Below are positions 26,909-38,357 of a stretch of DNA of 64,000 nt, one piece after another. The translations under genes and the position numbers were made by a program. This DNA is from Eubacteriales bacterium. Its GTDB lineage: Bacteria; Bacillota; Clostridia; Oscillospirales; QAMX01. The stretch's first letter is position 1, and each line of letters begins with the position of its first letter. The DNA is taken from contig JAZUCL010000011.1 in NCBI GenBank assembly GCA_045639125.1, positions 58,720-122,719 on the forward strand, in the 5' to 3' direction. The notes beneath the pieces were generated by a model. That model was not told the origin of the DNA. It did not search any database and saw nothing but the letters and a program-made list of their open reading frames with translations.

Positions 26909-28828
26909 CTATCTGCGTTTTTGTCGTTTATTTCTCACATTAGGCTTTGTCGATTTTCGCTCAACTGCCTTATTGTCATTTGCATTTATGCTATTTCGAC
27001 TTCGTGACGGACGAATGAGGCATCGTTTGTCAAAGCCAATTAAATCCTCACGATGTACTATACGAAGTGCTTCCTCAATTATAGGACGATTTTGAGGCTT
27101 TCGCCATTGTAGCAACGCACGTTGCATTGCCTTCTCCTTGGCAGTTTTAGGAACGTATACATCTTTCATTGTCCGTGGGTCTATACCTGTATAGTACATA
27201 CACGTTGAAAGTGTACCCGGGGTTGGATAGAAGTCCTGCACCTGTTCAGGCATGTGACCAAGTGCGTTTAGATAAACTGCAAGTTCAATAGCATCTTCAA
27301 GAGTACACCCCGGATGTGAACTCATAAGATATGGAACAAGAAACTGCTTTAGACCATACTCTTTATTGTATCGTTCAAATCGTTCAACAAACTTTTCGTA
27401 CACTTGTACATCTGGTTTGCCCATATAGTAGAGTGTATTTTTACTAATATGTTCAGGTGCAACCTTTAACTGACCGCTAACATGATACTTTACAAGTTCA
27501 CGGAAAAACTCGTCATTTTTATCGGCCATCATATAGTCATAGCGTATACCTGAACGAACGAAAACTTTCTTAATGCCTGCAATATTACGCAATTTCCTAA
27601 GTAGCGTCAGATAGTCCTCGTGGTCTGCATTTACAGCCTCACAAACCTTTGGATATAGGCACCTCTTGTCCTTGCAAAGACCGGCTTTTGACTGTTTCTT
27701 ACAGGCACTGCGTCTAAAGTTGGCAGTCGGACCACCAACATCGTGAATATACCCCTTAAATCGTGGATTTTTAGTAAATAATGTTGCCTCTTCCACTACA
27801 CTGTCGTGGCTGCGAGATGTAACCATACGTCCTTGGTGGAACGCAAGAGAACAGAAATTACATGCACCAAAACAGCCCCTATTGTGAATTATGGAAAACT
27901 CCACTTCTTCAATTGCAGGAACACCGCCACGTTCACTATACATTGGATGCCACGTGCGAGTATAAGGAATTGCAGCAAATTTATCGTAATCTTCTTGTGA
28001 CAGAGGCATCTGTGGTGGATTTTGAACCATATATCGTTCACCGTGTGCCTGAATAATTGCCTTGCCAATTACAGGGTCATGCTGAACGTATTGAATTTTT
28101 GTACTTTCAGCATAAGCACGTTTATCTCGTTTTACTTTCTCACTTGACGCACAAAAAATAAATTCGTAAGGGCACAAACTTACATCGTCAGTTAAAAAGC
28201 ACGTGCCTTTAATATCGCAAATTTGGGTGATAGGTACACCTGCGTCAAGGCGATTTGCAATCTCAAGTGCTGTGTACTCACCCATTCCATAGTTTATCAT
28301 ATCAGCACCGGACTCAACAAGAATCGAATCGTGTACAGTGTCATCCCAGTAATCATAATGGGCAAATCTACGTAATGATGCCTCCAAACCACCCAAAATT
28401 ACAGGTAGGTCAGGGTATGCACGTTTCATGCACTTAGTATAAACTACTGCTGCATGGTCAGGACGATAGAGATTTTTACCTCCCGGGCTGTACGCATCTT
28501 CATGTCGGCGTTTTTTTGATACGGTATAGTTTGCAACCATTGAATCAATGTTTCCGCCTGTTATTAAAGCCGCAAGACGTGGTCTGCCAAGAGAGCGAAA
28601 TGCATCTAAACTGCGTACATCGGGTTGTGGAAGTATAGCAACACGAAATCCAGCCTGTTCAAGCACCCTGCCTATGACGGACACGCCAAACGAAGGGTGA
28701 TCAACGTATGCGTCACCAGTTACCAAGAGAAAATCATAATAATCCCAGCCTCGTCTTTCCATATCTGCTACAGAAACAGGCAGAAATTCTTTTGCGTATT
28801 CCATAAATGGTTTCCTTTCATATATCAC
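26909..28828 (-). CDS. YgiQ-family radical SAM protein
   Basis: GDAYVDHPSFG, RGCFGACNFC, DFYPTP. Confidence 0.95.
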   Translation of the reverse strand: MIYERKPFMEYAKEFLPVSVADMERRGWDYYDFLLVTGDAYVDHPSFGVSVIGRVLEQAGFRVAILPQPDVRSLDAFRSLGRPRLAALITGGNIDSMVANYTVSKKRRHEDAYSPGGKNLYRPDHAAVVYTKCMKRAYPDLPVILGGLEASLRRFAHYDYWDDTVHDSILVESGADMINYGMGEYTALEIANRLDAGVPITQICDIKGTCFLTDDVSLCPYEFIFCASSEKVKRDKRAYAESTKIQYVQHDPVIGKAIIQAHGERYMVQNPPQMPLSQEDYDKFAAIPYTRTWHPMYSERGGVPAIEEVEFSIIHNRGCFGACNFCSLAFHQGRMVTSRSHDSVVEEATLFTKNPRFKGYIHDVGGPTANFRRSACKKQSKAGLCKDKRCLYPKVCEAVNADHEDYLTLLRKLRNIAGIKKVFVRSGIRYDYMMADKNDEFFRELVKYHVSGQLKVAPEHISKNTLYYMGKPDVQVYEKFVERFERYNKEYGLKQFLVPYLMSSHPGCTLEDAIELAVYLNALGHMPEQVQDFYPTPGTLSTCMYYTGIDPRTMKDVYVPKTAKEKAMQRALLQWRKPQNRPIIEEALRIVHREDLIGFDKRCLIRPSRSRNSINANDNKAVERKSTKPNVRNKRQKRR

Positions 28829-28860
28829 AATAAGCCGAGGTGCACCTCGGCTTATTGAAA

Positions 28861-29388
28861 TTAGTTTGCTTTCAAAATACGGACAATCTCACCAATAAAC
28901 TGATAGTGGTGGTCAGGTTGCGGATAGCACGCTTCGTTAATTTCAGGTACGACAAAACAGGACGGCGAAAACTGCTGCTTATATAATTTTCGGCATACTA
29001 TAACTAACTCTGCCTCACGAAAATAGGTAATACCATTTTCGCAAACAGGTGTCAAACCACATTCCTTCGCCTTATCAACGTCTCTGCCAGAATTTTTACC
29101 ACAGTATGTCAAAACATCTCTATACTTCTCAGAGAAAAACGACAATGTGTAATAGTCGTTACTGTCCACATAACCGAGTGTGTGTCTGCCTGTACGGATA
29201 TAACAGTGGGCAACATTCTTTTTCCACAGAACACCAAGTGCACCCCAACTGGCAGTCATAGTGTTAAAGCCGTTTTCGTCACCTGCTGTAATCAGCATCC
29301 ACTGCTTACCAATTAAATCAAATACATTGGTCAGACTCTCAGGTGAAATATTCGTAAATGAACTCATGGGTTTTCTCCTCTCTATCAA
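28861..29388 (-). CDS. Flavin reductase / flavoredoxin-like protein
   Basis: NTMTASWG, CG..SGRDVDK. Confidence 0.85.
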   Translation of the reverse strand: MIERRKPMSSFTNISPESLTNVFDLIGKQWMLITAGDENGFNTMTASWGALGVLWKKNVAHCYIRTGRHTLGYVDSNDYYTLSFFSEKYRDVLTYCGKNSGRDVDKAKECGLTPVCENGITYFREAELVIVCRKLYKQQFSPSCFVVPEINEACYPQPDHHYQFIGEIVRILKAN

Positions 29389-32126
29389 TCAAATCTGCGT
29401 AACTTCATTTCCTGCCAATCAGTCTTAGACATTACAATAGAGCGAGGCTTTGAGCCTTCATAACCGCCGATTATTCCACGCATTTCCATTTGGTCAATAA
29501 TTCGTGCGGCACGGGCATAGCCGAGTTTTAACTTACGCTGTAACATAGATGCAGACGCTTGCTGAGTTTCCATAACAACATCGACAGCATCATAGAACAT
29601 TTCATCTATATCATCGTCAAAATCGTCACCCTTACCACTCTGTTCATCACGTAAACTGTTTTCAATATGGTCAATAATTTCTTGTGAGTATTCTGCTGTA
29701 CCTGACTTCTTAATAAACTCTACAACTGCTTCAATCTCCTCACTGGAAAGGAAACAACCTTGAACACGTACAGGCTTACCTATACCAATTGGTGAGTAGA
29801 GCATATCACCACGACCGATAAGTTTATCAGCACCGCCTGTATCAAGAATAATACGGCTTTCGATTTGTGAAGAAACAGTAAATGCAATACGTGATGGTAT
29901 ATTAGACTTCATAAGACCTGTCAAAACGTCTGCTGAAGGACGCTGGGTAGCGATAATTAAGTGCATACCTGCAGCACGAGCCTTTTGTGCAATACGGCAG
30001 ATAGACTCCTCTACTTCCTTAGCAGCAGTCATCATAAGGTCTGCCAACTCGTCAATGATTATAACTATTTGCGGTAGTTTATCGTAGCCATTTTCCTCAG
30101 CAATTTTATTGTAACCAGCAAGGTCACGAACACCATTTTCACTAAGGAGTTTATAACGGCGTTCCATTTCAACAACTGCCCAATTCAATGCACCAGAAGC
30201 CTTTTTATAGTCAGTTACAACAGGGATAAGCAGATGTGGTATACCGTTATAATTGCCAAGTTCAACCATCTTAGGGTCAATCATAATGAGTTTTACCTCA
30301 TCAGGTGTTGCACGATAGAGAATACTTATGATAATTGAGTTAATGCAAACGGATTTACCTGAGCCAGTAGTACCTGCAATAAGCATGTGTGGCATTTTGC
30401 CAATGTCACCAACTATACAGTTACCTGTAATATCCTTACCTATTGCAAATGCAATCTTACTCTTCATATTTGCCATTTCTCGTGAAGTCAATACGTCACG
30501 AATATAGACCGTCTGTACGACTTTATTGGGAACCTCAATACCGACAGCACTCTTATCAGGAATTGGTGCAATACGCACATTTGCAGCACCAAGAGCCAGT
30601 GCAACGTCATCTTGCAAAGAGGTAAGACGAGAAAGTTTTACACCTCGGTCAAGTTGCATTTCATACCGTGTTACACTTGGACCTCTTGTAACATTGATAA
30701 TTTTCGCCTCAATACCAAAACTTGACAGCGTATCACTTAATTTCTGTGACCTACTGCGAAGTTCCGCTGTTGCATCTTCTGACGCTTGAAAAACTGCATC
30801 AGTAAGAAAATCAATCGGTGGAAACGGATATACGGCTGTCTTTTGTACTGTCTTAAGAGCCTTCTCACCTAAAGTCTTTTCTTTTTCCAAATGGGTATCA
30901 AGGACCTCTACGTCAACTTCTGAATCTCTAACAGGCTCATCTGTTACTGTTGCCTCTTCCTTTGCAGTTTCTGAGTTGGACTCTGATGCGGTATCGACAA
31001 TTTCTTCAACAGGTTTAGAATCATCAACTGTTAAAACAGGTTCTTTGGACGCAGAAACACCCTCGTCATCAAGGTCAAACGGAAGGTCAGAATACTGCGT
31101 CTCTTTCATACGAATTGGAGTAAGGCAGATTGTTTCTTCGCCATCTACTTCGCCATTTCCAAAACGTCCAAAACGTTTTCCCAACGGCTCGTTTTGAGAA
31201 GCGTCACTACCCTTTGTAGTAGGACTTAACGGAATATCAATTCGTCTTCTAACATCAGCATAGGCATCATGGGGTATATCAACCGTAGACTTAGTCGGTT
31301 TTTCCTCTCCAAAAGCATAATCGTCTTCCATAACAACAGAATCATTCTTCGAGGTAGGAACTAATACTTCGTAATCATCGTCATACTCGTCAAAACCTTC
31401 GTCTTCCTCTATAACTTCTTCAGCCTCTACTTCTTCGGCACGGCGACTCTTTTTCTCATCAAGACGTTCTTTTGACGTTAGAATTAAATCGAGAACATTT
31501 GATATTCTCACACCGCACAAATACAGTACTGCACCAACAAAGACGATGCCTATTAAAAGTATGGTTGCAATGCTTGAAATTGCTCCTGAAAGGAAAAGTG
31601 CTATACCTCCTGATAAAAGGCCTCCTGACGCAAGTTCTGCACCTGTTTGAAACAAAGTAGAAATAGCGTGTGTCTTAAATGATACATTACAAAATACTAA
31701 ATGTTCAAGGCTACCAAATGTTAATGGTAAAAGTGCAATCGATATTATTTTTCCTGTAACAGACTCCTCTTTTGAAAATAGCAGGGTTATTGATACGCCA
31801 AGGCAAGCAAATGGCAGTACAAACGCACCAACACCAAGCGTGCCTTTTAAGAATACGCTGATTGGTTTTAATATATATCCGTCCATACCAAATACGGAAA
31901 ATGCAGTTATGCAAAATACAAGGAACATACCAACTGTCCACATATCACGACGTTGCTTTTTTTGTAATGCCGCCTGTTTCATGGAGATTTGATTTGTCTT
32001 TTTAGTTCTTGAATTTTTAGTTGAACGTGTTATTTTTGTATTTCTTGTCGTTTTCTTATTTGTACTCTTTCTTGCAGTTGACGGTTTTCTTCCCCTACTG
32101 CTTTTAGTACTCTTTTGTTCAGCCAA
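29385..32126 (-). CDS. ftsK: DNA translocase FtsK/SpoIIIE
   Basis: N-terminal TM segments, GTTGSGKS, DELADLM, ATQRPS, gamma domain LGYARAAR. Confidence 0.96.
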   Translation of the reverse strand: MAEQKSTKSSRGRKPSTARKSTNKKTTRNTKITRSTKNSRTKKTNQISMKQAALQKKQRRDMWTVGMFLVFCITAFSVFGMDGYILKPISVFLKGTLGVGAFVLPFACLGVSITLLFSKEESVTGKIISIALLPLTFGSLEHLVFCNVSFKTHAISTLFQTGAELASGGLLSGGIALFLSGAISSIATILLIGIVFVGAVLYLCGVRISNVLDLILTSKERLDEKKSRRAEEVEAEEVIEEDEGFDEYDDDYEVLVPTSKNDSVVMEDDYAFGEEKPTKSTVDIPHDAYADVRRRIDIPLSPTTKGSDASQNEPLGKRFGRFGNGEVDGEETICLTPIRMKETQYSDLPFDLDDEGVSASKEPVLTVDDSKPVEEIVDTASESNSETAKEEATVTDEPVRDSEVDVEVLDTHLEKEKTLGEKALKTVQKTAVYPFPPIDFLTDAVFQASEDATAELRSRSQKLSDTLSSFGIEAKIINVTRGPSVTRYEMQLDRGVKLSRLTSLQDDVALALGAANVRIAPIPDKSAVGIEVPNKVVQTVYIRDVLTSREMANMKSKIAFAIGKDITGNCIVGDIGKMPHMLIAGTTGSGKSVCINSIIISILYRATPDEVKLIMIDPKMVELGNYNGIPHLLIPVVTDYKKASGALNWAVVEMERRYKLLSENGVRDLAGYNKIAEENGYDKLPQIVIIIDELADLMMTAAKEVEESICRIAQKARAAGMHLIIATQRPSADVLTGLMKSNIPSRIAFTVSSQIESRIILDTGGADKLIGRGDMLYSPIGIGKPVRVQGCFLSSEEIEAVVEFIKKSGTAEYSQEIIDHIENSLRDEQSGKGDDFDDDIDEMFYDAVDVVMETQQASASMLQRKLKLGYARAARIIDQMEMRGIIGGYEGSKPRSIVMSKTDWQEMKLRRFD

Positions 32127-32159
32127 GACAGTTGCCTCCTTTCTAAGCGGTTATCTCGG

Positions 32160-32990
32160 TTAAGAGAAAAATCCTGTAATAATTGTGATTACACCAATAA
32201 TAGTGCAATATATTGAAAATACATGAAAGTTCGACTTTCTTGTAATCATTTTCACCATTTGAATTGCGAGAATACCTGATACGGCGGCGATAACAACGCC
32301 AAGTGCATAAGGAAGAAATAGTGACATATCAAATCCCTCTTTAACAGCATCAGCAATGGAAAAAATATTTGCACCGATAATAACGGGAATAGATAGAATA
32401 AAAGAAAACTTTACTGAAAACTCACGGGAAAAGCCACGGAAACGACCACCTGTAATTGCAGTTCCTGAACGAGATATTCCCGGAATAACAGCCACAAGTT
32501 GCATTAGTCCAACGAGTAAAGAATCAAACCAAGATGCGTTAGATGCGTCTTTTTTGCCCTGCTTTACTCTATCACCTACCCAAAGTAGTACGGCTGTGAC
32601 AAGTAACATTACTCCTACAAGTACGGGAGATGTAAAAATAAAGTCAATATCGTCCTTAATAAAGGGCATAATTACCATAGGCGCTGTGGCAAGTAAAATC
32701 ATAAATATCATACGACGCATGGGGGTTTTATTGATTTGAGGCTTGCCTTTGCACAAATCAGGAATAAATCTAAAAAACTCAACAATTAACTCTCGAATAT
32801 CCGACCAAAAACAGATACAAACAGATACAAGTGTGCCTAAGTGGAGCAATACATCGAAAAGCATATAGTTATGCTCAATATCGGTTCCAAGCCATGACTG
32901 TATTAAAACAAGATGTCCCGAACTTGACACAGGCAAAAACTCTGTAAGGCCCTGCACAAGTCCCATTAAAGCCGCTAACCACAAAGACAT
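32160..32990 (-). CDS. uppP: Undecaprenyl-diphosphate phosphatase
   Basis: QGLTEFLPVSSSGH, PGISRSG. Confidence 0.96.
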   Translation of the reverse strand: MSLWLAALMGLVQGLTEFLPVSSSGHLVLIQSWLGTDIEHNYMLFDVLLHLGTLVSVCICFWSDIRELIVEFFRFIPDLCKGKPQINKTPMRRMIFMILLATAPMVIMPFIKDDIDFIFTSPVLVGVMLLVTAVLLWVGDRVKQGKKDASNASWFDSLLVGLMQLVAVIPGISRSGTAITGGRFRGFSREFSVKFSFILSIPVIIGANIFSIADAVKEGFDMSLFLPYALGVVIAAVSGILAIQMVKMITRKSNFHVFSIYCTIIGVITIITGFFS

Positions 32991-33094
32991 ATTTGATACC
33001 CAAACCTTTCACATACTTATAAACTGACTTACACTAAATGGCTCAACTGCAGGCGATCAATTTTGTGCCGTCTGCAGCCTTAACGCCAATTAAA

Positions 33095-34282
33095 TTACTT
33101 ACTGAATACAACCTTACCGCCGACGATTGTCTTGCATACATCAACATTCTCACCGAAGATAACAATATCAGCATCTTTCTCAGGAGCAAGAACGCCCTTT
33201 GTATCTGAAATACCCATGATACGAGCGGGAGTCGCAGTACCCATACGAACAGCGTCAACTATGTTACAGCCAGCCAAGTTGACCATATTGCGAACAAGGC
33301 GGTCAAATGTGGAAACACTGCCAGCAAAGGCACTTCTGTCGGGAAGTTTAGCAACTCCGTCTTCTATGATACATGGTAGTCCGTTATTTTTAGAACCAAG
33401 AATTGTGGGGCCGTCAGGCATACCTGCACCACGGATAGAGTCAGTGATAAGTGCAATGTTTGCCGCTCCCTTTACCTTAACAATCATACGAAGAAGGTCA
33501 GCGGGTAGATGGCAACCGTCAGCGATAATCTCAACTGCAAACTCGTCAATGGCATATCCAGCCTCAAGTACACCTGCATAACGATATGCATTGATACGGC
33601 GAACCATACTCATACCGCTATAAAAGTGTGTCATAAGAGAAAAGCCATTTTCAAGTGCCTCTACACAATGCTCATAGAGAGCGTCTGTATGTGCAATAGC
33701 CGCAACAATTCCTCTCTTACGAAGTTCACGACCCATTTGCATTGCACCCGGAAGTTCAGGAGCAAGACTCCATCTTGCAACGTGGTCGGTCATACCAAGA
33801 TATGCTGTATACTCCTCAAAATCGGGGTTTTTTAGATATCTCGGGTCCTGTGCACCACGCTGTGAATCAGCAAAATACGGTCCTTCCATGTGAAGACCAT
33901 AGAGGATTGCACCGTCAGGATTGTTTGAACGTGCCATATTAAAATATTCAAATGTTTTCTTTGTATCTTCACGGCTACCTGTTGTACAAGTTGGCAGAAG
34001 AAGTGTAGTACCATACTGTGCGTGCATTTTTGCTGCACCAAGGAACGCTTCAACGCTACCGTCCATGAAGTCATAGCCACCTGCACCGTGAGTATGTATA
34101 TCAATAAAACCAGGTGCAACATATTTACCTTGTGCATCAATAATCTCGCAGTCCTTAGTGGAACATTCGCCCTTGACAATGTCAAGAATTTTCCCATTTT
34201 CGATAAGTACTGTTGCACCCTCAATCATACGATACGGTGTAATTACCTTGCCGTTAATAATCGCCGTTCTCATACTATTCAA
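33095..34282 (-). CDS. nagA: N-acetylglucosamine-6-phosphate deacetylase
   Basis: PGFIDIHTHG, HMEGPY, IADGCH, ITD. Confidence 0.93.
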   Translation of the reverse strand: MNSMRTAIINGKVITPYRMIEGATVLIENGKILDIVKGECSTKDCEIIDAQGKYVAPGFIDIHTHGAGGYDFMDGSVEAFLGAAKMHAQYGTTLLLPTCTTGSREDTKKTFEYFNMARSNNPDGAILYGLHMEGPYFADSQRGAQDPRYLKNPDFEEYTAYLGMTDHVARWSLAPELPGAMQMGRELRKRGIVAAIAHTDALYEHCVEALENGFSLMTHFYSGMSMVRRINAYRYAGVLEAGYAIDEFAVEIIADGCHLPADLLRMIVKVKGAANIALITDSIRGAGMPDGPTILGSKNNGLPCIIEDGVAKLPDRSAFAGSVSTFDRLVRNMVNLAGCNIVDAVRMGTATPARIMGISDTKGVLAPEKDADIVIFGENVDVCKTIVGGKVVFSK

Positions 34283-34294
34283 TCACCCTTTTTA

Positions 34295-35608
34295 TTATTC
34301 CTGTGTGGGAACAGTCAGCCTTTCCCACAACTCAAAATATTCTTCCTTGCTCATGCGATTTGACTTTTTGCATACGTCACAAGCAACTTTAGCATCGTCC
34401 CACAAAAGATCAATGACTGTCATAGCCATAGCCTTTGCCGCTTCAATGTATGCTGCCTCTGTATCAGTGGGTGCAAATTCTTTACTGTGTAGATTGCCGG
34501 TAAATCCGCCCATACAAGGCTGAATTGACGGCAAAACCTGACTTATATCGCCCATATCAGTTGAGCCTACCATATCGACTCCCTCGATTATGTTCTCTTC
34601 TCCACAAACTTCTATAGCATTTGCCTTAAACAGTTCGCTGATATCCTCATCTTGTTCAAGAGGAAGATATCCAGGAAACTCATTTATTTCAACTTTCGCA
34701 CCGATAATATATGCTGCACCATTTAATGCACGATTTACGGCATTATTTGCATTGACAATTCCGTCTATAGTCTTGCCACGAACATAGGTTTCCATCTTTA
34801 CCTCAGCAGGCACAATGTTGACTATGTCACCACCCTTTGTAATGATTGGGTGAATACGAATTGCATCTTCATCACGAAATGTCTCTCTTAACAGCCCGAT
34901 AGCAGACATTGCCAAAGTTGCGGCATTAAGTGCGTTTATTCCCTCAAAAGGACGGCTTGCATGGGCTTCTTTGCCGATAAAACGCATAGTCTTTGATACG
35001 TTACCAAGGCTACCTCCATTTACATACGCTTTTGAGTGAGGTTCATTTGCCTGTGCGTGTACAAGCATTGTAATATCTACATCATCAAGAACACCGGTAC
35101 GTAAAAACTCCTGCTTACCTGAGAAGAATTTAATTTCGCCTTTCTCAACTAAATCGGTACGAAATTCAAGTTCAACCAGTTCCTCTGCAGGAACACCCAT
35201 AAATACAACATCACCGTCAAGATATTCCATCGCTCCGCTGTCGATAAGACCGTAAGCAACGCCCAGCATATTTGAAACTTGGAAATTGTGACCGCAGGAA
35301 TGAGCCGCACCTGTTGAACTGTCAGCGTATGGGTGTGTGGGACAAATTACAGCGTCCATTTCACCAAACACGCCGACCGTTTTGTTAGATTTTCTTCCCT
35401 TGGCACGAGCCTTTACACCTGTAAGTGCAAGTTCATCTTTGTATGTAAGACCAAGTGACGAAAACTCATCTTTAATTAGTTGTGCCGTCTTATATTCCTT
35501 GAAACCCAGTTCAGGTTCTTGTCTTATTTTATCTGCTATTTCAATGATTTTATCACGGCGTGCGTCAATGGCTTCGTTGACACGTGCTTTCAGTTCCGCC
35601 TTTGTCAT
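34295..35608 (-). CDS. M20-family amidohydrolase
   Basis: PELGFKE, EMDA, HSCGH, PAEE, GSTDMG. Confidence 0.9.
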   Translation of the reverse strand: MTKAELKARVNEAIDARRDKIIEIADKIRQEPELGFKEYKTAQLIKDEFSSLGLTYKDELALTGVKARAKGRKSNKTVGVFGEMDAVICPTHPYADSSTGAAHSCGHNFQVSNMLGVAYGLIDSGAMEYLDGDVVFMGVPAEELVELEFRTDLVEKGEIKFFSGKQEFLRTGVLDDVDITMLVHAQANEPHSKAYVNGGSLGNVSKTMRFIGKEAHASRPFEGINALNAATLAMSAIGLLRETFRDEDAIRIHPIITKGGDIVNIVPAEVKMETYVRGKTIDGIVNANNAVNRALNGAAYIIGAKVEINEFPGYLPLEQDEDISELFKANAIEVCGEENIIEGVDMVGSTDMGDISQVLPSIQPCMGGFTGNLHSKEFAPTDTEAAYIEAAKAMAMTVIDLLWDDAKVACDVCKKSNRMSKEEYFELWERLTVPTQE

Positions 35609-35709
35609 ATATCTTTAACCTCCATGTTAAAACACCAAATAGTCCAAATTATATTTTACACAAAAATCTCAATTATGTCAACGAAATAACGACAAATGAT
35701 ATGTAAAAT

Positions 35710-36471
35710 CTAAATTACAATGCCACCATTTGGACTAAGTACTTGACCTGTGATAAAAGATGATTTTTCATCAGCAAAATACAGTACCGCCTGTGCAATA
35801 TCCCACGTTGTTCCAATGCGTCCAATTGGCGTTTCATCGCACAAAGCAGAAATGACTGACTCACTTAAACCACTATTCATTTGAGTATCAATGACGCCCG
35901 GGGCAACACAGTTTACTGTAATACCTGACGGGCCAAGTTCCTTGGCAAGTGCTTTTGTCATACCGATTAGTGCTGCTTTTGTTGTTGAGTATGCAACCTC
36001 GCATGACGCACCGGTTATACCCCATATAGACGATATATTTATTATACGTCCAAAATGCTTTTTAAGCATATCACGTATTGCATATTGCGTACAGAATATC
36101 GCACCATTGACATTTATTCCATTTAATGTCTGCCACTGAGATTCGGTAATATCAGTAAATAGACCTACATGGGATATGCCAGCATTGTTTACGAGAACAT
36201 CTACATTACCAAATGTATTGTGAATATCCTCATACATTTTTGCAACATCAGTCTGCTTCGACACATCAGCATAAAATGCCTTAGCAATATATCCATTTTG
36301 ACACATCCTATCGGCAAGAGCATTTGCCATATCACTACTGTTACAGTAGTTTATAGCAACTTGATAACCATTTAATGCGAAAAGTTCCGCACAAGTCGCA
36401 CCAATACCACGTGATGCCCCTGTAATCAATACTGTCTTTGCCATAACTACCTCCAAAGTCATAGTGCTCAA
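35710..36471 (-). CDS. SDR oxidoreductase, FabG/YmfI-like
   Basis: TGASRGIG, NNAG, YxxxK in GASCEVAYSTTK (YmfI-like). Confidence 0.9.
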   Translation of the reverse strand: MSTMTLEVVMAKTVLITGASRGIGATCAELFALNGYQVAINYCNSSDMANALADRMCQNGYIAKAFYADVSKQTDVAKMYEDIHNTFGNVDVLVNNAGISHVGLFTDITESQWQTLNGINVNGAIFCTQYAIRDMLKKHFGRIINISSIWGITGASCEVAYSTTKAALIGMTKALAKELGPSGITVNCVAPGVIDTQMNSGLSESVISALCDETPIGRIGTTWDIAQAVLYFADEKSSFITGQVLSPNGGIVI

Positions 36472-36571
36472 TACATATAAGTATATCGTTTTGGACTAAA
36501 AAAGTCAAAGAAATTATCTTAGAATTTATATAAAAATCCGCACAACCAGTTGATTGTGCGGATTAAATCAC

Positions 36572-36967
36572 TTATTCGCCCATATAAGCAATGACTTCAA
36601 TTTCAATCATTACATTTTTCGGCAATGCGGCTACTTGATATGCCGCACGTGCAGGAAGTGGACTGGTATTGAAGTATGTTGCATATATCTCATTAACTGT
36701 AGTAAAATCACCGATATTGGAAAGCAAAACAGTCGTCTTTACAACATCACAGTAATTCTTGCCGGCGGCTTTGAGAATTGCACCAATATTTTCAAAAACC
36801 TGTGTTGCCTGTTCCTTAATACCACCGTCAATAACAGCACCCGTTTCAGGAACAATTGGAATTTGCCCAGATACAAACATCATATCACCTGCTACAACAG
36901 CCTGAGAATATGGGCCAATTGCAGCAGGAGCATTCGGCGTATTTATACTAAATACCTTATCACTCAT
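36572..36967 (-). CDS. ridA: RidA family enamine/imine deaminase
   Basis: PAAIGPYSQA, SGQIP, PAR, IEIE. Confidence 0.93.
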   Translation of the reverse strand: MSDKVFSINTPNAPAAIGPYSQAVVAGDMMFVSGQIPIVPETGAVIDGGIKEQATQVFENIGAILKAAGKNYCDVVKTTVLLSNIGDFTTVNEIYATYFNTSPLPARAAYQVAALPKNVMIEIEVIAYMGE

Positions 36968-36982
36968 TAAAATACGCCCCTT

Positions 36983-38221
36983 TTAGTACAAAGGATACTT
37001 GGAAACAATCTTCGTAACTTCTTCTCTTATGTAATCAGCCTTATTGTCAAAGTCAGAAGCAGTTAAGTAAATAAGTTCGGAAAGAACATCCATATCAGCC
37101 TCTACAAGACCACGGGAAGTAGCAGCAGGAGTACCAATACGAACGCCACTTGTAAGAGATGGCTTTCTTGGATCGTTAGGGATAGCATTCTTATTAACTG
37201 TGATATACACTTCGTCAAGACGATTTTGGAGTTTCTTACCACTGATATCAAATTTACGAAGGTCAACGAGCATAAGATGGTTGTCAGTGCCGCCAGAAAC
37301 AAGGTCAAAGCCCTGCTTCAAAAGGCCGTCTGCAAGACGAGATGCATTCTTTACAATCTGCTGCTGATATGCCTTAAATTCCGGCTTGAGTGCCTCACCA
37401 AAGCAAACTGCCTTAGCAGCAATTGTGTGCATTAAAGGACCACCCTGCATACCGGGGAATACAGCCTTGTCAATCTGCTTTGCAAGTTCTTCCTTACAAA
37501 GAATCATACCGCCACGAGGACCACGGAGAGTCTTATGAGTTGTTGTTGTAACAACGTCTGCATAGGGTACAGGATTCATGTGAAGTCCTGCTGCAACAAG
37601 ACCTGCAATGTGTGCCATATCAACGAAAAGATATGCACCGACACTCTTTGCAATCTCTGCAAACTTGTCAAAACGAATTTCACGAGGATATGCAGAAGCA
37701 CCTGCTATAATCATCTTCGGCTTATGCTCCTGAGCAAGAGCGTAAACTTGATCATAGTCAATAAAACCATCGTCATTTACATCGTAAGGAACAACATTAT
37801 AGTAGGAACCAGAAATATTAACCGGACTACCGTGGGTGAGATGTCCACCATTTGCAAGACTCATACCCATAACCGTATCACCGGGCTCGACAAGTGCAAA
37901 ATACACAGCGGCATTTGCCTGTGCACCTGAATGAGGTTGTACGTTTGCATGCTGTGCACCAAAGAGTTCTTTTGCACGTGAAATAGCAATCTCCTCTGCA
38001 ATATCAACGCATTCACAACCGCCGTAGTAACGCTTGCCGGGATAACCCTCAGCGTATTTGTTTGTTAAAACAGTACCCATAGCCGCCATAACTGCAGGGC
38101 TAACGAAGTTTTCAGATGCAATCAACTCAATATTTCTGCGTTGACGCTCATATTCCTTTACGACAGCAGCACCTACTTCAGGATCTGCTTGCATCAAAAA
38201 GTCCATTGTTTCTCTTACCAT
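36983..38221 (-). CDS. glyA: Serine hydroxymethyltransferase
   Basis: [32 protein letters not shown]. Confidence 0.98.
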   Translation of the reverse strand: MVRETMDFLMQADPEVGAAVVKEYERQRRNIELIASENFVSPAVMAAMGTVLTNKYAEGYPGKRYYGGCECVDIAEEIAISRAKELFGAQHANVQPHSGAQANAAVYFALVEPGDTVMGMSLANGGHLTHGSPVNISGSYYNVVPYDVNDDGFIDYDQVYALAQEHKPKMIIAGASAYPREIRFDKFAEIAKSVGAYLFVDMAHIAGLVAAGLHMNPVPYADVVTTTTHKTLRGPRGGMILCKEELAKQIDKAVFPGMQGGPLMHTIAAKAVCFGEALKPEFKAYQQQIVKNASRLADGLLKQGFDLVSGGTDNHLMLVDLRKFDISGKKLQNRLDEVYITVNKNAIPNDPRKPSLTSGVRIGTPAATSRGLVEADMDVLSELIYLTASDFDNKADYIREEVTKIVSKYPLY

Positions 38222-38357
38222 TGTATCGTCCTCCGTTTATTCAATTATATACCATTTAAGACAAATGTGATGATATACCTTCCTTAAAAGCAAGTACCTA
38301 TATTATAAATCTATTCGACAAATATGTCAACCTGTCGATTTTAGTCGAAAGAAAATT